Assembly (NCBI GenBank): GCA_963829525.1
Contig: CAWHIJ010000003.1
Span: forward strand, 800,001-864,000
Reading direction: 5' to 3'
Length of the DNA stretch: 64,000 nucleotides
Source of the DNA: an uncultured Actinomycetota bacterium
GTDB taxonomy: Bacteria; Actinomycetota; Actinomycetes; JAHEKZ01
A model generated the notes under the pieces. The model saw only the letters and a list, made by a program, of their open reading frames with translations, searched no databases and was not told where the DNA came from. Of the stretch, positions 41,722-51,262 are shown piece after piece. Within the stretch, counting starts at the first letter, position 1. Each line of letters begins with the position of its first letter. The position numbers and the translations under genes are program-made.

Positions 41722-44700
41722 ACGACGTGGCGTGTTGTCCTGCAATAGTGCGGCAACCGCGCTCGCCGGCATGGGGCGCGCCAGCAGATAACCCTGCCCC
41801 AGGGTGTAGCCAAGGTCGATCAGAGCTTGGCGCTGCTCGGGAGTCTCCACTCCCTCGGCAACGATCGATGTGAGCCCAAGGGTCTCGGCGATGCTCTTGA
41901 TGGTTCGGACGAGGTTGCTGCTGCTGACCTCGTCGACAGCTCCGACGCCTAAGGTACACACGAACTCGCGGGCCAGTTTGATGCCATGGACCGGAAGCTG
42001 CTGAAGGTAGCTCAGGGAGGAGTAGCCCGTTCCGAAGTCATCGATGAACAGTCGCACCCCGAGGTCGGCGAGCTCGCGGAGCCGCTCCATGGTCACTCCT
42101 TCTCCCGGGAGCAGCATCGACTCGGTGATCTCCAGGACAAGCGATGACGGGCGATAGCCAGACTCCGAGAGGGCAATGCGCACCTCGTCGACGAGGGTGT
42201 CCTCCTGCACCTGGCGTGCGCTGAGGTTGACGGTCAGGGTCAACGCGTCATAGCCAGGAAGATCACGTTGCCACTGGACGGCCGCAGCCAAGGCCATACG
42301 CAGCACCTGGTGGCCGAGCGGCACGATCAGGCCGCTCTCCTCAGCGAGTCCGATGAACTGATCGGGACCCAGCAGCCCACGCACGGGATGCTGCCAGCGG
42401 ACCAGCGCCTCGACGCCAACAACTGCGTCTGTGGCAAGCTCGAAGATGGGCTGGTAGTGAAGGACCAGTTGGTTCAGGTTGATCGCGTCACGAAGGTCGG
42501 CTGACAGTTGGAGTCGGTCGAGAGCCTGCTCGTGCATCGCTGGGGCAAAGAGCGCGTGTCGGTTCTTCCCGAGGTTCTTTGCTTCGTACAAGGCGAGGTC
42601 GGCGTTACGCATCACCGCCTCGGCGGATATCGACGTGGTGTCTGCGATCGCGATCCCGATGCTCAAGCCGCTGGAGATGATCGACTCACCGATTTCGAAG
42701 GGCTCACGGGCTGAGGCGACGATTCGGTTCGCCACCGTCATCACCTCCTCATCGCTGTCGATGGCCTCGAGCAGGATGGCGAACTCGTCGCCTCCGAGTC
42801 GAGCAACGGTGTCTTCTTCGCGGACTGCTTCGCCGATCCGATGAGTCATCTGACGCAGCATTCCGTCGCCGGCCGCATGACCCAGTGAGTCGTTGACATC
42901 CTTGAAGTCATCGAGGTCGATGAAGAGAACCGCGAAACGTGTCTGGCTGCGCGATGTCCGAGCGATTGCGTGCTCGAGGCGGTCCCGGAAGAGTGCCCGG
43001 TTGGCGAGCCCGGTCAGCGAGTCGTGGAAGGCCTGGTAGGAAAGCTGCTGCTCAAGAGCGCGCCGCTCGGTGACGTCGTGGCAGGTCAGCACGAACCCCG
43101 GCTCGTCATGCTCGATCACTCGGGTGGCGACGACGTCGACGTAGCGATGCGATCCGTCTCCTGCCAGCAGACGGAACTCCGTCTGTGCGGGGCGATCGCT
43201 GGTGGAGGCGTCGATGATGTCGTGTGCCTTCACGCGGTCTGCCGGGAACACGGCGTCGAGCCAACTGGTCCCGAACACGTGGCGCGGCGACACACCCAGC
43301 ATGCGCTCAGCTCCTGGGCTCAGGTAGCGAATGCTGAGGTCGAGATCGAGAACGGCGATGATGTCCGATGAGTGCTGCAGCATCCGGCGAAGCCGTTGCT
43401 CGCTGGCCCGATCGGCGAGCACCCGACCGAGCCCGATGCGAGCGCGGGCCAGTGAGGCCGCCTCAGCGAGCGCGGCAAGCGCTGGGGGAGTCTCTGCCGG
43501 AAGAGCTGGGCTCGCCGCTGCGATGAGGTAGCCGTCTGCCGCCCCCTCGTTGTCGGTGAGGGCACGAGCCGTGATCGCGCACTCTTCGCGCAGCTCGAGG
43601 TCGCGGTGGAGCGGTGATGGGCCATAGACCACCACGAGTTCCGATGAGATGGCCGCGAGTTGCTCGAGGGCGACGTCGCTCAATCCGAATCGACGCCCGG
43701 CAGGCACCGTCTGGGTCACCATGCCGCTGGTCCCGCTGCGTCTTAGCTCGACGACGTAAGAGGTGGCGCCAGGGTGGAGGTCGGCGGCCGCTTTGACGAC
43801 GGTGTCTCGTATTCTGTCCGGATCGGCAGCTGCAGCGAGAGCACCATTGGCATCACGGATGACTCGCTCTCTACGCAGAGTTTCCCGCAGCTGCAGCACG
43901 AGATCGTTGAGACGTAGCAGCACCAGGCCGAACATGAACAGGGCGCCGACGACGATGACCAGGTCCTGAGTTGATGCGCCGATCGTTGCCTGGCCGAAGA
44001 GCAGCAGCAACGGAAGGACGGACATCAGGGCTAGGAGCACGACGAAACGCCAGCGGCTGATCGCTCGCTCGGGAGGGGTGGCGATGACCGGTGCAGACAC
44101 CGAAGGATGAAGAGCTGCCGCGCCGAGCCCCACGTAGAAAAGGAACCATCCCAAATCCCAGGCTGTCCCGTCACTCCACGCGCCGGAGAGGGTCAGGTAG
44201 GCGTACGCGGTGTCGGCTACCAAGACCCCGACCAGCGTCACGACCAGGAAGCGCATCGAGATGTTGCGGCCGGAGTCGAGGGAAAACCAAAGCCGGGTCG
44301 CTGCACCCAAGAGAAGAATGTCCATGAAGGGGTATGCAGCGGTGACCAGGGATGTCGCCACGTCTAGATTGGCGTCGGCCAGGCTCGGCTCGATGATGAA
44401 GATCCACGACGTCAGCGCTGCAGCCGTCGTGACGATCAGGGAGTCGAGCAGGGCGGCTCTGTCACGCCCAGGGGAGCGGCGTCGGACCAGCAGGATGATC
44501 CCGGCAAACAAGAACAGGTAGGAGGCGAGGTAGAAGTAGTCGAGTATGGAGGGGTAGGGAATGTCCCGAGCTCGAAGACCGACGAGCTCGGGAAACTCCC
44601 AGAATGTGTCGGCGATTCCGGTGAGTGCGACGCCCACCGTGAGGAGCACCCAGGCGGGCTTCGCGGGTGGGCGCTGGCTCACGATTCCGAACAGCATGGC

Positions 44701-44859
44701 AACGACGGTGATTATCGCCACAGCCGTCCAGACCAGGCCCTGGCTGTTGCCGGGCTGCCATGGCCACGATGTGACCAACGGGATTGAGTAGTAGAGGCTG
44801 ACCAGCGCAGCGCACAGCAGAACATAGGCCCACCAGCTGCTGCGGCGTGCCCAACCCAC
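41701..44859 (-). CDS. Membrane-bound PAS-GGDEF-EAL diguanylate cyclase/phosphodiesterase
   Basis: Multi-TM N-terminus, PAS, HDSLTGLANR, I-site REED + GGDEF, EALVRW, DDFGTGYSS. Confidence 0.94.
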   Translation of the reverse strand: MGWARRSSWWAYVLLCAALVSLYYSIPLVTSWPWQPGNSQGLVWTAVAIITVVAMLFGIVSQRPPAKPAWVLLTVGVALTGIADTFWEFPELVGLRARDIPYPSILDYFYLASYLFLFAGIILLVRRRSPGRDRAALLDSLIVTTAAALTSWIFIIEPSLADANLDVATSLVTAAYPFMDILLLGAATRLWFSLDSGRNISMRFLVVTLVGVLVADTAYAYLTLSGAWSDGTAWDLGWFLFYVGLGAAALHPSVSAPVIATPPERAISRWRFVVLLALMSVLPLLLLFGQATIGASTQDLVIVVGALFMFGLVLLRLNDLVLQLRETLRRERVIRDANGALAAAADPDRIRDTVVKAAADLHPGATSYVVELRRSGTSGMVTQTVPAGRRFGLSDVALEQLAAISSELVVVYGPSPLHRDLELREECAITARALTDNEGAADGYLIAAASPALPAETPPALAALAEAASLARARIGLGRVLADRASEQRLRRMLQHSSDIIAVLDLDLSIRYLSPGAERMLGVSPRHVFGTSWLDAVFPADRVKAHDIIDASTSDRPAQTEFRLLAGDGSHRYVDVVATRVIEHDEPGFVLTCHDVTERRALEQQLSYQAFHDSLTGLANRALFRDRLEHAIARTSRSQTRFAVLFIDLDDFKDVNDSLGHAAGDGMLRQMTHRIGEAVREEDTVARLGGDEFAILLEAIDSDEEVMTVANRIVASAREPFEIGESIISSGLSIGIAIADTTSISAEAVMRNADLALYEAKNLGKNRHALFAPAMHEQALDRLQLSADLRDAINLNQLVLHYQPIFELATDAVVGVEALVRWQHPVRGLLGPDQFIGLAEESGLIVPLGHQVLRMALAAAVQWQRDLPGYDALTLTVNLSARQVQEDTLVDEVRIALSESGYRPSSLVLEITESMLLPGEGVTMERLRELADLGVRLFIDDFGTGYSSLSYLQQLPVHGIKLAREFVCTLGVGAVDEVSSSNLVRTIKSIAETLGLTSIVAEGVETPEQRQALIDLGYTLGQGYLLARPMPASAVAALLQDNTPRRLADIPI

Positions 44860-44930
44860 GGAAACCCCTCTTTCCGGTGTTTGCGCTCAGGGCGCAGTCG
44901 ACCTCCGGCGCCACTGCGCCCAGGATATCC

Positions 44931-44956
44931 ATCGGCCCATAACGAGGCAGGGTAAA
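44931..44956 (-). promoter_or_regulatory. Sigma28-like promoter TTTA-N16-GCCGAT
   Basis: Minus strand upstream of the GGDEF-EAL gene; followed by 5' UTR hairpin GGGCGCAGT...ACTGCGCCC. Confidence 0.45.
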
Positions 44957-45028
44957 CCCCTGGCCCCGTGGTATCACGCCTGCTCGTTCCCCTCGCCGTG
45001 ACGGTATGACGGGCCCCAGAATGACCTG

Positions 45029-47038
45029 GTGACCAACCTCCTCGCCGGATCGGCCAGCCTGTACCTGCTTCAGCACGCCGAGAACCCGGTCCATTGGCAA
45101 CCCTGGGGGCCGGATGCGTTTGCGGAGGCTCTGCAACGTAACGTCCCTGTTCTGCTGTCCGTCGGGTACTCGGCTTGTCACTGGTGCCATGTCATGGCTC
45201 ACGAGTCGTTCGAGGACTCGGACATCGCCGCTCTCATGAACGAGCGCTTCGTCTCGGTAAAGGTCGATCGCGAGGAAAGACCGGACGTCGATGCGGTCTA
45301 CATGGACGCTGTCACCGCCATGACCGGGCACGGTGGCTGGCCCATGACCGTGTTTCTCACCCCAGAAGGTGAGCCCTTCTACGCTGGCACGTACTTCCCC
45401 CCGCGTCGTCGCGGTGACATGCCGGGATTTTCTGACGTGCTCATGGCGGTGTCGAGCACCTGGCGCGAACGAGCTGATGACGTACGCCATCAGGCCGCAG
45501 ACGTCCTCAGCCGAATCGAACAAATGCGGGTGCCGCCAGGAGACGGAACCGGTCAATCGCCGACGTCTGCAGACTGCGCTCAAGCACTGGCCACCCTCAC
45601 CAAGCAGTACGACTACGCCCGAGGTGGCTTTGGTGGCGCGCCTAAGTTCCCGCCGAGCATGGTGCTTGAGTTCTTGACCAGACATCACGCGCGCACAGGG
45701 TCGTCGGACGCTCTCCTCATGGCGGAGGGCACGCTAAGGGCGATGGCCTCCGGGGGGATCTACGACCAGCTGGCTGGCGGCTTCGCGCGGTACAGCGTCG
45801 ACTCTGCCTGGGTGGTGCCGCACTTTGAGAAGATGCTCTACGACAACGCGCTGCTCGCTCGGGCCGCTCTTCACATCGGCCAGGTTTCTGGGCGTGAGCT
45901 GGGAGCGCGTATCGCGGACGAGACCGCCGACTTTCTGCTCGCCGACCTCGCCACTTCTGAAGGTGGATTCGCTTCGGCTCTTGACGCCGATACCGAGGGC
46001 GTCGAGGGTCGCTACTACGCCTGGACCCCGAGTGAGCTGGTCGAGGTGCTCGGCGAGGAAGAAGGTAGGTGGGCGGCCGACCTGCTCGTCGTGACCACCG
46101 ACGGGACGTTTGAGAACGGCACCTCAACGTTGCAGCTGCCTGTCGCTCCGGACGACGAGGAGCGATGGAGCCACGTTCGCACACAGCTGCTAATGGCCAG
46201 GACCGCCAGGACTTCACCGGCGCGAGACGACAAGGTCGTCACCTCATGGAACGGGCTGGCGGTAGCGGCACTCGCTGAGATCGGAGCCGTGCATGACCGC
46301 CCCGAGCTCGTGGCGGCTGCCGCTCGCTGCGCCGAGCTCGTCTGGGGCCGGCACTGGACCGGCGATCGGCTCCTTCGGATGTCACGAGATGGGGTTCCGG
46401 GCGCAGCTCATGGGGTCCTGGAGGACTATGCGGCCACGGTCGAGGGCTGGCTCACGCTCTACCAGGCCGGTGGCGATGCGCGTTGGTACGACCGGGCGCT
46501 GATCGTGCTGGATGCTGCTCTCGCCGGCTTTGCCGATGGCTCGGGTGCGTACTTCGACACGGCCGTAGATGCAGAGCAGCTGGTCCGACGACCGCAGGAG
46601 TGGACCGACAACGCGACACCTTGCGGCCAGTCCGCGCTGGCGAGCGCATTGATCATGGCATCGGCCCTGGGCGGTGACCCCGTTCACCGCGATGCGGCGG
46701 AGCGACTTCTCGCAGCCGCGGCTCACCTCACTGGACGAGCGCCGCGGTTTGCCGGGTGGTGGTTGGCCGTGGCCGAAGCGTGGGTGGACGGACCTCAGGA
46801 GGTTGCGGTGGTCGGACAGCCAGGCGCCACCCGTGATGCGCTGGCGGCGGCTGCCTGGTCGTGGCCGGCGCCCGGCCGGGTGGTGGCGGTTGCCGCTCCA
46901 GGTGAGGTCGGGGTGGGGCTGCTCCGAGGACGCTCCACCCGGACGCCGCAGGCGTGGGTCTGTCGCGGGTTTCGCTGCGAACTTCCCACCGATGACGCCG
47001 AGCAGGTCGCGCAACTGCTGCGGAGTGCGCCAGAGTGA
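45029..47038 (+). CDS. Thioredoxin-domain DUF255 (YyaL/SPATA20-like) protein
   Basis: [48 protein letters not shown]. Confidence 0.93.
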   Translation: MTNLLAGSASLYLLQHAENPVHWQPWGPDAFAEALQRNVPVLLSVGYSACHWCHVMAHESFEDSDIAALMNERFVSVKVDREERPDVDAVYMDAVTAMTGHGGWPMTVFLTPEGEPFYAGTYFPPRRRGDMPGFSDVLMAVSSTWRERADDVRHQAADVLSRIEQMRVPPGDGTGQSPTSADCAQALATLTKQYDYARGGFGGAPKFPPSMVLEFLTRHHARTGSSDALLMAEGTLRAMASGGIYDQLAGGFARYSVDSAWVVPHFEKMLYDNALLARAALHIGQVSGRELGARIADETADFLLADLATSEGGFASALDADTEGVEGRYYAWTPSELVEVLGEEEGRWAADLLVVTTDGTFENGTSTLQLPVAPDDEERWSHVRTQLLMARTARTSPARDDKVVTSWNGLAVAALAEIGAVHDRPELVAAAARCAELVWGRHWTGDRLLRMSRDGVPGAAHGVLEDYAATVEGWLTLYQAGGDARWYDRALIVLDAALAGFADGSGAYFDTAVDAEQLVRRPQEWTDNATPCGQSALASALIMASALGGDPVHRDAAERLLAAAAHLTGRAPRFAGWWLAVAEAWVDGPQEVAVVGQPGATRDALAAAAWSWPAPGRVVAVAAPGEVGVGLLRGRSTRTPQAWVCRGFRCELPTDDAEQVAQLLRSAPE

Positions 47039-47042
47039 GGGC

Positions 47043-47523
47043 ATGACTGACGCGACCCCTCACGTGGATCCGTCGACCTGCAGCGATGCAGTCGTCGTGG
47101 GATACGACGGTTCTCATGACGCCGCCCGGGCAGTTCGCTGGGCTCACGCAGACGCCGATCGCCGGCGCGTCCGACTGCGTCGTGCTCCGAGCCTGGTCGC
47201 TCAAGACTGCGCCACGGCTGAAGGAAGTCGACCTCAACTACGTCCCGAGCGAGGACGAGTTCGCAGCGGCGGTTCGCGACTCGCTCACCGCCGATCTTGT
47301 CGGCGTTCTGGGGGCAGAGGCGACTGCTGAGGCGGTCCCGTTGGCTGTCCACCGTCCTGCCGAGGAGGCGCTGGTCGAGGCATCCCGGTATGCAGCTGTC
47401 ACCGTCGTGGGCGCGCGAGGAACTGGCCTGGCCCGCCTGCTTGGCTCGGTCTCGGCGTCAGTAGTCCGGAACGCTCAGGGGCCGGTGGTGGTAATCCCGC
47501 AGGATGGTGAGCGAGGCCGATGA
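47043..47523 (+). CDS. Universal stress protein; apparent frameshift near 47175
   Basis: VVVGYDGS.....AVRWA; next frame VVGARG...LLGSVSASVVRNAQGPVVVIP. Confidence 0.82.
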
Positions 47524-47545
47524 TGCCTCCAAACGGCGAAAGGGG

Positions 47546-47574
47546 TTGCAGTAAGAAAGTAATCAAGTAATCTG
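47546..47574 (+). promoter_or_regulatory. Sigma70-type promoter TTGCAG-N16-TAATCT overlapped by three GTAA repeats at 8-bp period
   Basis: GTAAGAAA 47551, GTAATCAA 47559, GTAATCTG 47567; ATG 6 nt after the -10 box. Confidence 0.6.
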
Positions 47575-47579
47575 ATTCC

Positions 47580-48116
47580 ATGAAAAGAAACCATCAACGA
47601 CCCGCCCCCCGCCCTCTTGACCTCGCCGCCCTTCGTGGCTGGCTTACCGGCCGTCTCCCTGAGGCATGGTTCACCGCAGCGCCAGATGTTGTCGTCGACC
47701 GGGACGAGATCATGATCATCGGCACCTTGAACGATCCCGCCGTCGATGACGGCACCGATCTAGCGGCGGCCCGTCGCGGACGCGCCAGCGCCTTTCGCGA
47801 GCAGACCAGGGACGAGCGCATCACGATCGCCCAGGAACTTGAAGCTGAAACCGGACGCGCGGTGGCATGGGGTGTCGCCATCGGCGAGGAGCGGGTGCTC
47901 TTCACCCACCAGGCCGTGCCAGTGATGACGCGGCTCCGTCAGCCGGAGCGCCAGGTTCTCGACACCTTGGTCGCCGGCGGCGTGGCACGCTCGCGCGCCG
48001 ACGCCCTGGCCTGGTGTGTCCGACTCGTCGGCCAGCACACCGAGGACTGGCTCTCTGAGCTGACCTCGGCGCTAGCTGCTGTCGAGGAGGTCAAGGCTGC
48101 TGGTCCGTCAGTGTGA
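47580..48116 (+). CDS. Conserved hypothetical protein with C-terminal ribbon-helix-helix-like motif
   Basis: VMTRLRQPERQVLDTLVAGGVARSRADALAWCV. Confidence 0.75.
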   Translation: MKRNHQRPAPRPLDLAALRGWLTGRLPEAWFTAAPDVVVDRDEIMIIGTLNDPAVDDGTDLAAARRGRASAFREQTRDERITIAQELEAETGRAVAWGVAIGEERVLFTHQAVPVMTRLRQPERQVLDTLVAGGVARSRADALAWCVRLVGQHTEDWLSELTSALAAVEEVKAAGPSV

Positions 48117-48190
48117 CGACCTGACCGGGGCAACCGGTGAACTGCTCGTGAGGGATACAGTCGGGCGGGATCACTGGAAGGGGGTGCCAC

Positions 48191-48952
48191 GTGGGGCTTC
48201 GGGACCTCGCCTACACGCTCTACGAGCGGAGGCTGCTGGCATCCCTCGACCCCGCGCAGGCGCCGCACCATGTTGGCGTCATCCTCGACGGCAACCGAAG
48301 GTGGGCAAAGGCTTCGGGCACTTCCGCTAGCTCCGGTCACCGTGCCGGTGCCGACAAGATCGCGCGCCTCCTGGAGTGGTGCGATGAGGCTGGTGTCGAG
48401 CTCGTCACGTTGTGGCTCCTGTCCACCGACAATCTGGCGAGGCCCGAACCGGAGCTGGCTCCGCTGCTGGCGATCATCGAAGAGGTCGTCACCGAGCTGG
48501 CAGCCGGTGGGCGGTGGCGGATCCATCCGGTCGGTGCCCTCGACCTGCTTCCGCAGCACACCGCAGAGATGCTGAAGTCGGCGGCAGCCGCGACCCGTGA
48601 CGTCGAGGGCCTGATGGTCAATGTGGCCGTTGGTTACGGGGGGCGGCAGGAGATAGCTGACGCCGTACGGTCGCTGCTGGTTGAGCACGCGGATGCAGGT
48701 ACGCCCATGGAAGACCTCGCACGCGACCTGGCCGCTGACGACATCCAAGAGCACCTTTACACCAAGGGACAGCCTGACCCCGACCTGGTGATCCGTACCT
48801 CGGGCGAACAGCGGCTCTCTGGCTTCATGCTGTGGCAGAGCGCGCACAGCGAGTACTACTTCTGTGAGGCCTTTTGGCCCGACTTCCGCAGGGTCGACTT
48901 TCTGCGCGCTTTGCGCTCGTACGGGCAGCGTCACCGCCGCTACGGCAACTGA
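48191..48952 (+). CDS. cis-isoprenyl transferase (short-chain Z-isoprenyl diphosphate synthase-like)
   Basis: HVGVILDGNRRWA, LSTDN, GYGGR, PDLVIRTSGEQRLSGF. Confidence 0.93.
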   Translation: MGLRDLAYTLYERRLLASLDPAQAPHHVGVILDGNRRWAKASGTSASSGHRAGADKIARLLEWCDEAGVELVTLWLLSTDNLARPEPELAPLLAIIEEVVTELAAGGRWRIHPVGALDLLPQHTAEMLKSAAAATRDVEGLMVNVAVGYGGRQEIADAVRSLLVEHADAGTPMEDLARDLAADDIQEHLYTKGQPDPDLVIRTSGEQRLSGFMLWQSAHSEYYFCEAFWPDFRRVDFLRALRSYGQRHRRYGN

Positions 48953-48957
48953 CCTAG

Positions 48958-48988
48958 GTCATCCGCTCGTACTCGACGAGCGGATGAC
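48958..48988 (+). terminator. 13-bp perfect hairpin after the isoprenyl transferase gene
   Basis: GTCATCCGCTCGT-ACTCG-ACGAGCGGATGAC. Confidence 0.65.
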
Positions 48989-49112
48989 GCGGAGTGACGT
49001 ACCTGCCGCCGGAGTTAGTGCGGCCCGGCGTGGCGGCGTTGGGTTCGGCGAACCGCGTCGTAGCGTCGACCGGGGCGGGCGCTCGACCAGCCCACACGGG
49101 AGGCCTTGAACT

Positions 49113-50405
49113 GTGGAGCGTCGGACCTTCGTACTTGACACCTCCGTGCTGTTGTCCGACCCGGCCGCGTGGATGCGGTTCGACGAGCACGAAGTCGTGC
49201 TTCCGGTGGTCGTGATCACCGAGCTCGAAGCCAAACGCTCCCACCCTGAGCTGGGCTACTTCGCACGAACGGCGCTGCGGATGCTCGACGACCTACGGGT
49301 GGCGAACGGGCGTCTTGACGAGCCGCTGCCCGTCGGTGACCGTGGCGGGGTGGTACGGGTCGAGCTGAACCACACCGACCCAGCGGTGCTTCCGCCAGGC
49401 TTCCGGCTGGGCAACAACGACACCCGCATTCTGGCGGTGGCGCGCAACCTGGCGGCTGAAGGCCGGCACGTGACGTTGGTATCGAAAGACCTCCCGATGC
49501 GGGTCAAGGCCTCTGCGGTCGGCCTGGAGGCCGAGGAGTATCTCGCCGAGTGGGCGGTGGAGTCTGGGTGGACCGGCATGACCGAGGTCGAGGTCGACAG
49601 CGACCTATTGGACCGGCTTTACCACGAGGATCGGATCGACCTCGATGTCGCCCGCGACCTCCCCTGCCACACCGGGCTCGTCATGCTCTCAGACCGGGGC
49701 TCGGGTCTGGGCCGGGTGACCCCGGAGAAGCAGGTCCGCCTGGTCCGCGGTGACCGCGAGGCTTTCGGGCTTCACGGCAGAAGCGCCGAGCAACGCATCG
49801 CACTCGATGTCCTTCTCGACCCCGACGTCGGCATCGTGTCGTTGGGGGGACGGGCGGGAACGGGCAAGTCGGCCTTGGCTCTGTGCGCTGGCCTCGAGGC
49901 GGTTCTTGAACGTGGTCACCACCGCAGAGTGGTCGTGTTCCGACCGCTCTACGCCGTCGGCGGCCAGGAGCTCGGCTACCTTCCGGGTACCGAGAACGAG
50001 AAGATGAACCCCTGGGGTCAGGCGGTCTTCGACACGCTCTCGGCTATCACCACGACCGAGGTCGTTGAGGAGATCGTGGACAGGGGCATGCTCGAGGTGC
50101 TGCCGCTGACACACATTCGAGGACGCTCGCTGCACGATGCGTTTGTGATCGTGGACGAGGCGCAGTCCTTGGAGCGCAACGTGTTGCTGACCGTGCTGTC
50201 AAGGATCGGTCAGGGGTCGCGCGTCGTCCTCACTCACGACGTCGCCCAGCGCGACAACCTGCGGGTCGGGCGCCACGACGGCATCGTTGCCGTCGTCGAG
50301 AAACTCAAAGGGCACCCGCTGTTCGCACATGTCACATTGACGCGCTCGGAGCGGTCACCGATTGCCGCCCTTGTCACCGAGATGCTTGAGGATGTCAGCC
50401 TGTAG
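49113..50405 (+). CDS. phoH2: PIN-PhoH family protein
   Basis: [11 protein letters not shown]; Walker A GRAGTGKS; IRGRSL, VDEAQ. Confidence 0.92.
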   Translation: MERRTFVLDTSVLLSDPAAWMRFDEHEVVLPVVVITELEAKRSHPELGYFARTALRMLDDLRVANGRLDEPLPVGDRGGVVRVELNHTDPAVLPPGFRLGNNDTRILAVARNLAAEGRHVTLVSKDLPMRVKASAVGLEAEEYLAEWAVESGWTGMTEVEVDSDLLDRLYHEDRIDLDVARDLPCHTGLVMLSDRGSGLGRVTPEKQVRLVRGDREAFGLHGRSAEQRIALDVLLDPDVGIVSLGGRAGTGKSALALCAGLEAVLERGHHRRVVVFRPLYAVGGQELGYLPGTENEKMNPWGQAVFDTLSAITTTEVVEEIVDRGMLEVLPLTHIRGRSLHDAFVIVDEAQSLERNVLLTVLSRIGQGSRVVLTHDVAQRDNLRVGRHDGIVAVVEKLKGHPLFAHVTLTRSERSPIAALVTEMLEDVSL

Positions 50406-50419
50406 CCCCGTGTAACGAC

Positions 50420-50471
50420 CACAACGTGTTAGCTGACCGGGCCTATAGGACCAGCGGGCTTACACGTTGTG
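50420..50471. repeat. Solitary hairpin related to the 38.4/39.5-kb repeats (opposite orientation)
   Basis: Arms CACAACGTGT / ACACGTTGTG; CGTGTTAGCT.AC.GGG....TA...CCAGC shared with the reverse complement of copy 1. Confidence 0.6.
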
Positions 50472-50490
50472 TGTCTCGTAGGGTGGTGGG

Positions 50491-51258
50491 GTGGCGTACC
50501 AGGACTATCTGACCTACCTCGGCCACGCCACGGTCCTCATCGAGGTCGATGGTGTGCGGGTGATGACCGACCCGGTGCTGCGTCCTGGGGCGGCGATGTT
50601 GCACCGAATGCCGAGGGCCGCTGACCTTCGGGAGTACACCGAAGTCGACCTCGTCGTCATCTCCCACCTGCACCACGACCACCTTGACTTCCCGTCGTTG
50701 CGCTTGCTTCGGGATGACCCGCTCATCGTCGTTCCGTACGGAGCCGAGCGATGGATGCGGAGCAAGGGGTTCCACAACGTCACCGAGATGGCCCCCGGTG
50801 ACGTCCTTAGCTTCAACGGTGTCACTGTGCGCGCCACTATCGCTGTGCATTCCGGTAAGCGTGAGCCGCGAGGGCCAGTCGCTCTGGCCATCGGCTACGT
50901 GATCGAAGCGGGCGAGGCCACCGTCTACTTCGCCGGCGACACCGACATCTTTCCCGGCATGGCCGAGCTCGTTCCAGGAGAGCTCGACGTGGCCATGATC
51001 CCAGTCTGGGGCTGGGGTCTGGTGCTGGGCGACGGGCATCTGAACCCGAAGACCGCAGCGGACGCCGTCGCGCTGCTGCGCCCGCGCTATGCAGTGCCGA
51101 TCCACTGGGGGACGCTCGCCGTCGCTGGGTTGCATCGGCTCAAGTTCGCTCGGATGGAAAGCCCGCCCCACGAGTTCGCCGATGCGGTGGCCAAGCTAGG
51201 TCTGGACACCGAGATTCTCATCACCCACCCCGGTGAGCGGGTGGCCTTCGAGCCGTGA
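50491..51258 (+). CDS. MBL-fold metallo-hydrolase
   Basis: LGHAT, TDP, SHLHHDH, FAGDT, PIHWGT. Confidence 0.9.
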   Translation: MAYQDYLTYLGHATVLIEVDGVRVMTDPVLRPGAAMLHRMPRAADLREYTEVDLVVISHLHHDHLDFPSLRLLRDDPLIVVPYGAERWMRSKGFHNVTEMAPGDVLSFNGVTVRATIAVHSGKREPRGPVALAIGYVIEAGEATVYFAGDTDIFPGMAELVPGELDVAMIPVWGWGLVLGDGHLNPKTAADAVALLRPRYAVPIHWGTLAVAGLHRLKFARMESPPHEFADAVAKLGLDTEILITHPGERVAFEP

Positions 51259-51262
51259 GGAG

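Noticed and set aside
44860-45028. c-di-GMP riboswitch upstream of the GGDEF-EAL gene
   Set aside because: Only a single hairpin; I could not recognise the class I or II conserved core. An Rfam/Infernal scan would settle it.
17270-50471. CRISPR array interpretation of the intergenic repeats
   Set aside because: At most 2-3 degenerate units, no regular repeat-spacer period, no cas genes.
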